DNA of 64,000 nucleotides from a virus (taxonomy: Duplodnaviria; Caudoviricetes), in the IMG/VR virus record IMGVR_UViG_3300028886_000087, positions 5,559 to 69,558 of that record. One strand, 5' to 3'. A model generated the notes under the pieces. It had not been told where the DNA came from. It did not search any database and was given only the letters and a program-made list of their open reading frames with translations. Positions 50,803 through 60,786 of the stretch are shown here, piece after piece (the first letter of the stretch is position 1; each line of letters opens with the position of its first letter). The position numbers and the translations under genes were made by a program.

Positions 50803-51056
50803 TTGTGTTACCTCCTTTAAGATAGATATAGATATTTCCATTTATAAGTGGGTTTTTGGGAGGTTGAGTATAGATTTTAGACAATAAAAAAGACTACTAT
50901 GTAGTCTTTAATATTATATTTAAATATCTATTACCATCTTACCTCACTCAAATTTTTCTCTTATATAAGTCACAATTTTAATTAACTACTATACCTTTTT
51001 CATTTATAAACAAAAAGGACGGAATTTCACCGTCCTTTCATGTTGAAAATTAATTT

Positions 51057-51299
51057 TCACTTGATACAAACTACTTTAGTTAAGCCATTATCTTCCTCAT
51101 AATATTCAGAAACTTCATATCCAGAAAATACATACGTTTGCTTATCAGTTTCAATAGCAAAAATAGTGGATAATTCATCTTCAAGAAAATCTATGTCATT
51201 AGTATTGACAGTTAACTCTAATATATTAATTTGATTAGAGTCAATATAATGACAAAATTCAACGAGTTCGTACCTTGCTTCAAAAGTTTTAATTTCCAT
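51057..51299 (-). CDS. Hypothetical protein
   Basis: 80 aa ORF with AGGAG RBS. Confidence 0.7.
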   Translation of the reverse strand: MEIKTFEARYELVEFCHYIDSNQINILELTVNTNDIDFLEDELSTIFAIETDKQTYVFSGYEVSEYYEEDNGLTKVVCIK

Positions 51300-51429
51300 T
51301 GCTTTGTTCTCCTATAAATGAAATATAAATCTAACAAAGAAGGTACCTTCTATATATAGTATATCATAAGTTGGTATCTATGTCAAATTTTTAGAAATAA
51401 AACGGGTACTTATGTACCCGCTTTAAAAA

Positions 51430-51909
51430 TTACTTATTCATTTTTGCTATTGCATCTTGAATTGCAGTTTTAACCGTCTGATCAGATGTCTCATTCATCA
51501 TTTGCTTAAGCTCTTCCACCATCTCTGCTTTCGACCCTGTTCTACTATATCCTCTCATCATTGATTGGTCATGCTGCGGAGTCATATACATATAAGAGTT
51601 TCTATCTACATCATATACGGTACGGCCGCCGTATCCGTATGAATTAGTCGGTCCAGCATATGACATATGTCCACCCGGTTGATAGTCAGCATCTATGTAG
51701 TATTTTCTCTGACTATAACCTGGAAGCATTAGTGCTTGAGACTCTTCCTTTTCTTTGTCGTAATGCTCAATTTTACCTAAATTTTTCTCGGTCTCAATTA
51801 AGTCTTTAAGTATATCTAATGACTCATGAGTTAAATTGCCCTTCTTTGCAATCTCTTCAATCTCTCCACAAAGCATCGCGCGGAGAGCATCCATTGTTTT
51901 CTTTTCCAT
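51430..51909 (-). CDS. Cassette gene 6: helical protein with Tyr/Gly-rich linker
   Basis: ORF track; GGAGG RBS. Confidence 0.75.
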   Translation of the reverse strand: MEKKTMDALRAMLCGEIEEIAKKGNLTHESLDILKDLIETEKNLGKIEHYDKEKEESQALMLPGYSQRKYYIDADYQPGGHMSYAGPTNSYGYGGRTVYDVDRNSYMYMTPQHDQSMMRGYSRTGSKAEMVEELKQMMNETSDQTVKTAIQDAIAKMNK

Positions 51910-51920
51910 ACATATACCTC

Positions 51921-52373
51921 CTATGCGATTCTATTGATTACCAAGTTAGAATTAGTTACGTTAATTGACGGAGCAGGTGTTCCTGCTGCATCGTCTACCA
52001 ATCCGCTTACGGCGCGGACGCTAACAGAGAAGCAACAACCACGTGGTACAGTTATAATTGCAGTGCTTGTGACATTGTTATACTCTTCTACCGCGGCCGG
52101 CGTTACAATCGCGCGTGAAGTCGGTCTAGCCTCACCATTTACTGCGACAGACACAGCAATTGGTCCAACTGTTCCACCCTCTGGCACAGCGATATTTCCG
52201 TTAAAAGTAACTTGGTATCTTGCGAAGCAATTCGGTGTAGCACCTCTGAGAATAAAAATTCCAGTTTCATCTTCGTGGATTACATATCCATTCTGACACG
52301 GAATAGAAGCACTGAATACAACTGGCTGATTAAGTTCAACCAACTGCGTTGCATTTGCTAAATATTCTGCCAT
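51921..52373 (-). CDS. Cassette gene 5: beta-sandwich protein, BclA-C/C1q-like
   Basis: G.F.LRG....C.ARY.V.FNGNI...V.PAA...Y.NVS. Confidence 0.55.
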   Translation of the reverse strand: MAEYLANATQLVELNQPVVFSASIPCQNGYVIHEDETGIFILRGATPNCFARYQVTFNGNIAVPEGGTVGPIAVSVAVNGEARPTSRAIVTPAAVEEYNNVTSTAIITVPRGCCFSVSVRAVSGLVDDAAGTPAPSINVTNSNLVINRIA

Positions 52374-52384
52374 GACACTACCTC

Positions 52385-53179
52385 CTAGAATGCACAACCG
52401 CATCCACAGCTATTTATGCTGTTGCATCCGCATCCATTAGGGTTCTGAACGATATATGCTGGACGTGGAACTGGTGCAAGATATTGTTCGAGAGCATTAG
52501 TTTGTGCATCGTTGTTTGCAAGAATCTGAGCTGTTTGTGCGCTCTGTGAAGCAGCGAGATTAGCCATTGTAAGCTGTCTCTCAAGGTCAGCGATTCTTTC
52601 ATTCTTCGCATCAATTTTGTCGTTGCACATCTGGTCAAGGATTCTCTGAACACCTGCACTCTGCGATTCAAGAACATCTCTTAAACCATCAGCAAGAGCG
52701 GTTCTATCTGCACAGTTCTCTGTTGCGATTGTATACTTAAGGTCAGCTGAAGCTAATCTATTGTCGCAGCAGCATTGTGCAAGTTGAGATTGAAGACCGA
52801 AGTTAGTTTGCATATCAGCAATCTGACGAGCATTGTTAGCAATTTCAGCCTGAGCAAAACCATTAGCAATTGAAGCATTAACGCCAGCAAAACCATTGCA
52901 CAGAGCGGCCGCAGTATCTACGAAGCCATTTGTAACGCTGGATTGAATTCCGCTGAGTCCGCCCATTACTGCGCTCTGGTCAAAGCCACGCTGAACTTCA
53001 CTATAAGTGCCGCCATTGCCGTAGCCACCACCCCAGTTACCCCAATTACCATTAAAGATAAAGAGGAAAAGGATAATTAACCACCAAGCGCCGTCTCCGC
53101 CCCAGTTGCCGAAGCCTCCATTACTTCCTGTTACAGCAGCGATATCTGCTGCACTTAAACTACCATCTGTAAGTGACAT
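52385..53179 (-). CDS. Cassette gene 4: Gly-rich, one TM helix, CCC motif, coiled coil, Cys-rich tail
   Basis: GGDGAWWLIILFLFIF, QRGFD, AQCCCDNR, GCGCNS..CGCGC. Confidence 0.8.
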   Translation of the reverse strand: MSLTDGSLSAADIAAVTGSNGGFGNWGGDGAWWLIILFLFIFNGNWGNWGGGYGNGGTYSEVQRGFDQSAVMGGLSGIQSSVTNGFVDTAAALCNGFAGVNASIANGFAQAEIANNARQIADMQTNFGLQSQLAQCCCDNRLASADLKYTIATENCADRTALADGLRDVLESQSAGVQRILDQMCNDKIDAKNERIADLERQLTMANLAASQSAQTAQILANNDAQTNALEQYLAPVPRPAYIVQNPNGCGCNSINSCGCGCAF

Positions 53180-53231
53180 TTAGTCTACCTCCTTTAAAAT
53201 TAAATATAAGTGAGATAGACACAAGACTAGA

Positions 53232-53432
53232 TTACTTTAATAATTGTCGTAACTGATTTGCCGTTTGAGCAAATTGATTAAATTGCTCTTGGCTCATACG
53301 ACCAGATTGTAAAAGTTGTTTTACTTGTTGCTCTGGATTGCCAGAGAAAGTAGAACGAAACTGATTAAATTGAGAAAGAAGATTAGCCATATTATTAGTT
53401 GGCTGATTAAAATCGTTAAATAATGAACTCAT
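53232..53432 (-). CDS. Cassette gene 3: small Gln-rich protein
   Basis: NPEQQVKQLLQSGRMSQEQFNQ. Confidence 0.75.
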   Translation of the reverse strand: MSSLFNDFNQPTNNMANLLSQFNQFRSTFSGNPEQQVKQLLQSGRMSQEQFNQFAQTANQLRQLLK

Positions 53433-53844
53433 TTTTCTTTACCTCCTTTTTCTCTTTAGGTTGCTCTTTTGGTTTTAAATCCGCGAGTATACGTTCAAGT
53501 TCTTCGTGTGTGACATACGTATTCTGCGGCCCAGCGTTCGCCTCATCGGTCGCGACCTTAGATACCTCTTTGTATTCGAAAATGCGAAGAGGTAATGGCA
53601 TACCAGAAACATCTGATGATTTGACATAGAATACATTTGTTTCACTGTCCATAAGTAGTGCCTTCTGGCCTGGCGCCACCGGCACAGCTTTTGCGCCAGC
53701 CTCGCCTTGAACCCAATTGATTGCATTTATCTGCTGGGACGTCGTAGGCGCGGGCGTAGTCCATGTCTGTGCAGGAGTGGCACCGCCGCTGTAAACATAG
53801 GACGGAGACGTATAAGTTTGCGGAAAATAATTATTATAAGCCAT
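53416..53844 (-). CDS. Cassette gene 2: hypothetical protein
   Basis: WVQGEAGAKA.PVAPG...LMDSE...FYVKS.D..GMP.PLR.FEY. Confidence 0.8.
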   Translation of the reverse strand: MAYNNYFPQTYTSPSYVYSGGATPAQTWTTPAPTTSQQINAINWVQGEAGAKAVPVAPGQKALLMDSETNVFYVKSSDVSGMPLPLRIFEYKEVSKVATDEANAGPQNTYVTHEELERILADLKPKEQPKEKKEVKKNEFII

Positions 53845-53849
53845 ATATA

Positions 53850-54227
53850 TCAACTCCTTTGAAAATAATATAACGGTATCTCATTACCAGAATCCCATGA
53901 GTCATAATAGTTTCCATCTATGACACATACTACATGTTCTCCTGTTCCGAGAATGAATGTGCCATATGGACTATTATAACAGAAATCTCTAACTGTATAA
54001 CAGTCAGGACATAAATCTGGCATTTGATGCTTCTTAAATCCTTGTTGTTTTAAAAAAGTTCCCCATACTCTATTTGCTGATGGCATATCGCACATTTCAA
54101 AGCCTTGCCGCGCGAGTGCGTTGTAAGTTTGTTCCCATGTGTAATTTAAAGCACGTGATATAGCGCGGATTGTGCAATCACCGACAGATAAGCCGAGTGG
54201 GTTTGGATTATAATAAACGTAAGACAT
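53850..54227 (-). CDS. Cassette gene 1: possible papain-like peptidase fold
   Basis: NPNP...GDCTIRAIS...HVVCV.DG.YYDSWD. Confidence 0.7.
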   Translation of the reverse strand: MSYVYYNPNPLGLSVGDCTIRAISRALNYTWEQTYNALARQGFEMCDMPSANRVWGTFLKQQGFKKHQMPDLCPDCYTVRDFCYNSPYGTFILGTGEHVVCVIDGNYYDSWDSGNEIPLYYFQRS

Positions 54228-54450
54228 AGTAAACCTCCTGTGTAGGGTTGAGCCTAGAAAAGTTATTTAAAGTAGTTTATTCCTAGGCTCAATTTAGTAA
54301 GTCTTGCGCCTATCAACGGATTTGAGTTAAGAAGTTGAACTTCCTTACTCATTAGTTAAGTAAGAATTGAGTTGAGGGGTTATAATTTTTTGAGTTAAAA
54401 GTTGAAATTTTTTTGCAATAAAAAAGACCCCTAAGGGTCTGATTTATTTA

Positions 54451-56388
54451 TTATGCGGTTCTATGCCAACGATATACATTAATATATGGTTGCATATTAT
54501 TATGAGCTCCTCCACCACCAGTATTTTGGTTAGTTGCCGTAGTAGAACCAGTTGTTCTTGATATACCAAGATCTCCATAACCACTATTCGTAGCAAAACC
54601 ATAGCGATTAGTACCACTTTCCATTCCGAGTAAACCAGATCTATTGGACAGATTTCTAAGCGCTGGGAACATTGCATCAGTAGTTGCCGGCGATACTGGA
54701 GTATGTGAGTGTCCATTTTGTGTATGAGTATGGCTTGGCATTTCTGTAGTAGTTAAGGTATGCGTTGATTCGCCGCCATCTTTAGTACCTTTACCATCGT
54801 CTCCATCTGCACCACTAACTAAATATCCTGTACCAGATGAAACATGAACATATCCTGGGTTTTCTAAAACCCAAGTTCCAACCCATATGGTGTTTGGATC
54901 AAAAGAAGCATCACTAGTTTCATAATATGAACCTTTCGGATAAAAAAAGTCAAGTAAAGCCCTCATTGTTCCAGTTTTATCTTTAAATAAAGCATTCATA
55001 TAACAATAAAAACCTTGTTGAAGAGATGGCCCACCAAAAGCAATACCATGCCCTCCTGCGAGAAAATCCATGGTATAAAATATTTGGGGTACAGTTACAC
55101 TTTTTTCTGCTCCATTGCTTCTATTATCATGTGGAGTTATATAAAAAGTATAAGCTAAATCTTCATTACAACCACTAATTAATGCATAAACACTATCACC
55201 AGTTTGAATAGAACTCCATGTAACATTACCGCTTACTTGTTTTGTAGTAGAATTTCTTGTTGAGTACCAAGTGACGGAATGAGTAACTCCATCTGAACAA
55301 GTTATATTTGGTGCTCCATTTAATGGATAACCGTCTTGACTTGGTATATTCCAAGTAACTGTTACTAAAGCATAGGTTGCTAAACCCGTTTCTTCTGAAG
55401 GCACTCCGCTTACATTAACTCTTTCAATATCTAAATTAATAGATGGAGATACATATTGCTTTACTATTATACTCGGTAAAACTATAGTTGTAGTACCTCC
55501 CAAACTATCTGTTATTGTTAATGTAGGAGTAAAAGTTCCCACAGCACTAGGAGTAATTTCTAATACTCTTGGAGAACTAGTAGTTGGCATTGTAGAAGAA
55601 GTAGATTCAACATTCTGTGAACCCAAGTCTAAACGTAATTTAGATAAATTAGCACTATCATATATAGTCACTCCAGTAACATTTATTGTATATTTTGCTT
55701 TACCATTATAATATGGAGTAAAATCTGGAACTGTATAAGTTCCGCTAGGATTTTGATGCCATCGCGCAGTAAGTGTTACGGCTTGATTAACTCCTGCAGC
55801 AATTGTACCTCCAGCAGAATAATTAACACTATTACTACCACTCCATCCTAAAAAAGTATATCCTTCTCTAGTTGGTTTAGTAGAAGAAAGAGTTAAGGCT
55901 AAATCATAATATTTTTTTTGTGTAGTGGGTGCTCCAGTTCCACCGTTTGCATTATATGTTACATTCCAGCTAGTTCTTGCTGGTATTGTTATAGTAACAC
56001 TATTACTATATCCTCCTCCAGAAATAGTAAGACTTGGAGTTTGGGTGGTTGTTGTTCTAGTGATAGGTTTTGAATAACTAACAGTATATGTTGTATCAAA
56101 AGCTACACTTGATAAAGTAAATACTGAAGATCCATTATAACCACATCTAATTCCAGTTGTATTAAGTTTACTTCGTAATGCACTTAAAGCCCGTCCACCT
56201 AACGAAGAGGTTCCACTAATACTTACTGTTCCAACAACAACTGTTGTAGTGGCCATTGTATATGTAGTATTAGTATAACTTGTGCTATAATTAAGAGTTA
56301 CTGTACATGAAGCAGTTGCAGCTCTTGTAGTTCCACCACCACTACTCTCAGTAACCCTTGCAGAACAAGAAAATTGTAAAGTTGCCAT
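54451..56388 (-). CDS. Tail/baseplate protein with InlB B-repeat-like domain and fibre-type C-terminus
   Basis: VTYNANGGTGAP...PTREGYTFLGW; GGESTHTLTTTEMPSHTH...HNNMQPY. Confidence 0.75.
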   Translation of the reverse strand: MATLQFSCSARVTESSGGGTTRAATASCTVTLNYSTSYTNTTYTMATTTVVVGTVSISGTSSLGGRALSALRSKLNTTGIRCGYNGSSVFTLSSVAFDTTYTVSYSKPITRTTTTQTPSLTISGGGYSNSVTITIPARTSWNVTYNANGGTGAPTTQKKYYDLALTLSSTKPTREGYTFLGWSGSNSVNYSAGGTIAAGVNQAVTLTARWHQNPSGTYTVPDFTPYYNGKAKYTINVTGVTIYDSANLSKLRLDLGSQNVESTSSTMPTTSSPRVLEITPSAVGTFTPTLTITDSLGGTTTIVLPSIIVKQYVSPSINLDIERVNVSGVPSEETGLATYALVTVTWNIPSQDGYPLNGAPNITCSDGVTHSVTWYSTRNSTTKQVSGNVTWSSIQTGDSVYALISGCNEDLAYTFYITPHDNRSNGAEKSVTVPQIFYTMDFLAGGHGIAFGGPSLQQGFYCYMNALFKDKTGTMRALLDFFYPKGSYYETSDASFDPNTIWVGTWVLENPGYVHVSSGTGYLVSGADGDDGKGTKDGGESTHTLTTTEMPSHTHTQNGHSHTPVSPATTDAMFPALRNLSNRSGLLGMESGTNRYGFATNSGYGDLGISRTTGSTTATNQNTGGGGAHNNMQPYINVYRWHRTA

Positions 56389-56405
56389 ATATTTCTCCTA
56401 TAAAT

Positions 56406-58805
56406 TTATCCTAACCATTTTAATTGCAAATTATTTTTTCCGTTTACATTTTGTCTAACTTTCCAACCCCATTTACCAAACTGGTCATTAACTAATGGAG
56501 TACCAACTTCCATTTGTTGTAATACAACAGATTTTGTTATATATAATTGGTCATCACTAACATAAGCAACCTCATTTGCTCCATCATAAAAACTTAATCG
56601 TTGATCTGTTACTTGAACATGGAAATCATTAACATTGCCAATACAAATATCGTCTCCAAAAGAAGCAACTGTTTTATCTCCTTTACGTAAGTTTACTCCA
56701 GCATCATTAATTAATAAATGTTTTTCATTAGTTGAACCAATTATAATAGAATTATCTCCAACTTCCATTAGATTGGAACGATTATTATTACCTGTTCCAT
56801 TTCCAACAACTAATAAAGCATCATCTGAAGGTATATTATATCTACCTATAGCCAATTGACAGGCTTTTTTTGCTATGGTATTATTTCCTGTAGCAAAAGC
56901 ATAAGTACCAATAGCTTGTGCATTTAAACCAAAATTATAATGTGGCCCATAATTTATTTGATCATATGTACAAGTTATTTGAGTCTGGAAATTTTCAAAA
57001 TTTGTTTTATTAGATTCATATGTTCCATACATATTATCTGTTACGGTAAAAGACCAGTTAATACGTGATTCATTTGCTGTTGATACAGCATCAAGCGTAA
57101 AATTATATAAATCATTTCCATCTTTAGAAGCACTAAAAGTATGTGAAACATTAGTAGAACTAAGGGAAAAAATTTCTACATAATCTTGCCATTTTAAAAC
57201 CTCTAGTGATACACTGTCCCCATGTGTTACTAATGCAACTGTCGCTGGAGCTCGAAAAGTAAATTGTACTTCTATTATAGGAATATTATTAAAATTAGTA
57301 ATAATAAAATTATAAGAATCCTCATCTACTGCATAATTTGACCAATTCCACTTAAAAATATCAACGGCATTATTTATTTTTTCTCCAAAATCTATTTGCC
57401 CAAATGGTAAATCATCTCCTAAAAAACTAATTGCATCATTATTAATTATGGTATGAACAGCATCATCTCCACCTATTTGTACAGATTGTCCAAAATGAGC
57501 TACTTTTCCCCAGTGATCTGCAGTTTGAGCTCCACCTCGATAATATGGAGTAATATTACCATATATATCTAATCCATCTGCTATAATCTCAGCAAGCGCT
57601 TGTCCACTCGTACCATCAAAAACTTGTAAGCCATCAGTGGCTTTAATTAATCCACTAATGCTCGCATCAGTAGCATATAATGCACCAGTAGTAGTAACTC
57701 CAAAATTTTGACCAGCAGCAAAAGCCCAAGTTAATTCTTCTGGAGAACCAGCAATAGTTATTCCCTCTGGGGCCTCAGTACCAGGTGATACATAAACATT
57801 TGCATCTATTCCAATACCAGTTGTACCACTATGTAAATCTTCTGCGATTGTAAAATTACCAACCAATCCAGAATCAGCTACAACAACTCCTTTAAAATAA
57901 CCATTATCTGTATAAATACCCCAACCTACTGGCTGATGAGAATTATTATTAGAATCAGTATATGCTGGTAATCCCCCAAGATAACCTATACGTACATTTG
58001 GTATTGTAAAACCAGTTGCACTATCGGTTGTTTTTGTATTTACTCCACCATATATATCTATATAAGTTGATTTATCAACTCCATATGATGTCATCATAAT
58101 ACCAACAGGTTTTAAAGTATTACTTCCGCGTGGGCCAATTTCAAACATTGAAATTGAAATATCATAGCTTTTTAGGTTAGAAGTACCTAACTCAGTTATA
58201 ATAGTTTCTAAAGCAGGAGAACTGATTCCACCTACGGTGAAGCCCCCTTGAGATAAATAGGCTGTTAAATAACCAGTTAATGTACCAAGTGGATAATCTA
58301 CTCCAGTAGAAGTTAATCGTATATTACCAGTTACCATTACATGTGAGCCTACAGGCCAACCTGGAGTTGTACCAGTGGCATATACTGAATGAGTAGTATC
58401 ATTTTCATAAATTTTTACCGCATCAGTAGTAAAATTACCACCACTAACTTGAAAACTTCTATCTTTTGCGGTTCCGGTAATTGTAACTGACATTGGTGTA
58501 TTACCAGAGGTAATAGTAGTACTAACAGTTGGTGATATATAAAAACTACCACCTATATTAGAAATATTTGAATTAGTCCATTTATTAGTATGTAATTCAC
58601 CTTTTACATCTAATAAACCCATTACCTTCGCATTAGTTGCCGTTAAATCTGTAATAGAAGCTTCTGTTGCACTTAAATTCGTAGCAATAAGTTTATTAAA
58701 AATTCCTTCTTCAGCACTAATCTTATCAGCGCTTAAAGAATTAAACTGTGCAATATTTATAAATCTACTTGCCCCGTGGACAATTAAATCTTTTAAAACT
58801 GCCAT
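56406..58805 (-). CDS. Tail fibre / minor tail protein
   Basis: 799 aa, beta-rich, FATGNNT..QLAIGRYN...VGNGT repeat. Confidence 0.65.
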   Translation of the reverse strand: MAVLKDLIVHGASRFINIAQFNSLSADKISAEEGIFNKLIATNLSATEASITDLTATNAKVMGLLDVKGELHTNKWTNSNISNIGGSFYISPTVSTTITSGNTPMSVTITGTAKDRSFQVSGGNFTTDAVKIYENDTTHSVYATGTTPGWPVGSHVMVTGNIRLTSTGVDYPLGTLTGYLTAYLSQGGFTVGGISSPALETIITELGTSNLKSYDISISMFEIGPRGSNTLKPVGIMMTSYGVDKSTYIDIYGGVNTKTTDSATGFTIPNVRIGYLGGLPAYTDSNNNSHQPVGWGIYTDNGYFKGVVVADSGLVGNFTIAEDLHSGTTGIGIDANVYVSPGTEAPEGITIAGSPEELTWAFAAGQNFGVTTTGALYATDASISGLIKATDGLQVFDGTSGQALAEIIADGLDIYGNITPYYRGGAQTADHWGKVAHFGQSVQIGGDDAVHTIINNDAISFLGDDLPFGQIDFGEKINNAVDIFKWNWSNYAVDEDSYNFIITNFNNIPIIEVQFTFRAPATVALVTHGDSVSLEVLKWQDYVEIFSLSSTNVSHTFSASKDGNDLYNFTLDAVSTANESRINWSFTVTDNMYGTYESNKTNFENFQTQITCTYDQINYGPHYNFGLNAQAIGTYAFATGNNTIAKKACQLAIGRYNIPSDDALLVVGNGTGNNNRSNLMEVGDNSIIIGSTNEKHLLINDAGVNLRKGDKTVASFGDDICIGNVNDFHVQVTDQRLSFYDGANEVAYVSDDQLYITKSVVLQQMEVGTPLVNDQFGKWGWKVRQNVNGKNNLQLKWLG

Positions 58806-59263
58806 TACTCCTTTCTCCCCCAAGGATAGAAATATTTCTGTCCTATTCTATAATATGGCTTCTCTGCTAATCCCAATTTCCACTGAAGCCAATCAAGGAA
58901 TGGTAAACTAAAAACCGATATTATAATCCAAATTCCAAAAAATAAAATATTTACTTGATCACCAAGTATGTGGATTGTCCCCCATGTATTACGGTAATCC
59001 CATATAGAAAAATCTCCATTAAACATTATACCAAATAAAAATTCAAATGTAGTACAGCATAAAGCCGAAATTACTACTTGTTTTAAAAAATCAGTATCAA
59101 ATTCAAGAAGATTATTATTTATATTTGCCATAACTAATCCGCACAAGCCGGCGCACAAAAACATGGTCCAATGTGTACGTCCTCGCCATATTAGTTCAAG
59201 CATTGTATATATTAAACCACTTATGACAAAAATACTACCATAAGGAATTATTTTCTGTTTCAT
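58805..59263 (-). CDS. Multi-pass membrane protein (putative ABC-transporter-permease-like phage family)
   Basis: G.IY..LELIWRGRTHWTMF..AG; WDY...GQV...F. Confidence 0.65.
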   Translation of the reverse strand: MKQKIIPYGSIFVISGLIYTMLELIWRGRTHWTMFLCAGLCGLVMANINNNLLEFDTDFLKQVVISALCCTTFEFLFGIMFNGDFSIWDYRNTWGTIHILGDQVNILFFGIWIIISVFSLPFLDWLQWKLGLAEKPYYRIGQKYFYPWGRKE

Positions 59264-59468
59264 TAATAAACCTCCGTAGAAGGCGGCCGTTGGTGTGCGG
59301 CCGCCGTATACGTTTAATTATCCTTTCCTTTCTCACTTACTAAAGTAATAAGTGTTTTAAGTATTAAAAGAAGAATTTTCTTTTGCCAAGAACCTACTTT
59401 TGAATCTGTTTCAGCATATGCATCAATAAGTTCTTGTTCAATTTCTCTATAATCAATTCCATTTTCCA

Positions 59469-60338
59469 TTATTCTTCTCCCTCTCCTTCTTCAGTAGTTT
59501 CTTCATCTACAACTGGTTCAACATCTCGAAAATATTGTGCCTGTAATTGAGCTGCAAGTTCAAGGGCTGGTCCCATAATTGCTTGAGCACGTGCGGCCCA
59601 TTCTTCTGGAAGTTCATCTTCAAAATTAATTGCCATAGCTTCTTCTTTGGTTTCACACGAACGCACCCAATTAATTTTCATATTAACTTCAGTTTGAATA
59701 CGAGTGCTAAAAAATTGAAGCGTAAAATAAACTGCAAGCACATCACGTGCATTATAAAGTTCACAAGGCTCACCATGTCCATGGTATGGAATTGAAATCG
59801 AAAGGTCACCAAGGGCTTGAATTATGAAAATTGCATTGAGCAAATTGGATTGATCTTCAAGATCATATGTAAAATTCTTTATAACTCCATTAAGAAGAGT
59901 TACATCTGTGCCTGCGAAGATAAGTTGCTCGCCCATTTCAGAAAATTTATTTATTTTCCATTCTTTATATTCTTCGAGAGTCATTCCTTCAATGTCAATA
60001 ACTTTATTTACTTGTTCATCAAGACGCTTAACTTGTTCCACAAGAGAAGTTTTTTGAAGAAATACTACTAGTTCATTTGCAAAACCTTCCAGTTGCGAAG
60101 AAAAGTTTCGACCAAGATATGAAATTGATGTATATCCATCGTATTCTGTAAAGAAAGCAACTTCTGCATCTGTTTCATCTACAATTTGAATTGTTTTTAA
60201 ATTTTCAAATATATTGCGAATATTAACAAGATCGTCTGTAGCAAGGCGAAGTTGTGGAGTTCCGCGAAAAGCGTTTGCATCCCATGAGAAAAGAGGGATA
60301 CGGTCGTTTGAATTGATTATTGCATAGTATTGTGCCAT
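59469..60338 (-). CDS. Tail fibre assembly-like protein (DUF4376-like C-terminus)
   Basis: F.Y..EDQ.NL...WHA-type region PYHGHGE.C. Confidence 0.5.
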   Translation of the reverse strand: MAQYYAIINSNDRIPLFSWDANAFRGTPQLRLATDDLVNIRNIFENLKTIQIVDETDAEVAFFTEYDGYTSISYLGRNFSSQLEGFANELVVFLQKTSLVEQVKRLDEQVNKVIDIEGMTLEEYKEWKINKFSEMGEQLIFAGTDVTLLNGVIKNFTYDLEDQSNLLNAIFIIQALGDLSISIPYHGHGEPCELYNARDVLAVYFTLQFFSTRIQTEVNMKINWVRSCETKEEAMAINFEDELPEEWAARAQAIMGPALELAAQLQAQYFRDVEPVVDEETTEEGEGEE

Positions 60339-60350
60339 TTGATTTCTCCT

Positions 60351-60548
60351 TTAGATTTCATAAAATTGATTGGCTTCAATTGAACTTTTAGAAATTTGAG
60401 CGGTATTACCAATTTCAACGAAGCCTAAAGTATAATCTATATTTAATGCAGATGATGATCGCGCGCGGGTATAAATTTTAGAGGTTGAAGTTACATCCAC
60501 GCCATCTGCTTTGATTTCTGATTGTTTTGTTATTTGAACTTGAGACAT
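60351..60548 (-). CDS. Small tail-associated hypothetical protein
   Basis: Own AAGGAG RBS; ends ANQFYEI. Confidence 0.65.
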   Translation of the reverse strand: MSQVQITKQSEIKADGVDVTSTSKIYTRARSSSALNIDYTLGFVEIGNTAQISKSSIEANQFYEI

Positions 60549-60646
60549 TTATCTGTTCTCCTTACTTGTCCTATGTATTCAGCGCCGGTCCGCTAAATTC
60601 GTACACCAGCCGCAGATGTTGAACGCACACTATCCGTGCAGCCGCA

Positions 60647-60764
60647 TTGAGCGAAGCTCAACGGCGAAGCCGAAGGCGGAGCCGCCCATCGTATACGTAT
60701 TTGTCTCTTGTGGTTATGACTGTGGGATGGGCGAAGCCCCATCCACAGGAGTAACCACGAGAGA
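60647..60764 (+). repeat. Cluster of GCGAAGC-type mini-hairpins in an intergenic insert
   Basis: 60647-60661, 60662-60672, 60675-60683, 60731-60737 within stem 60704-60716/60752-60764. Confidence 0.75.
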
Positions 60765-60786
60765 CCGTGTACGTTTAACATGTACA

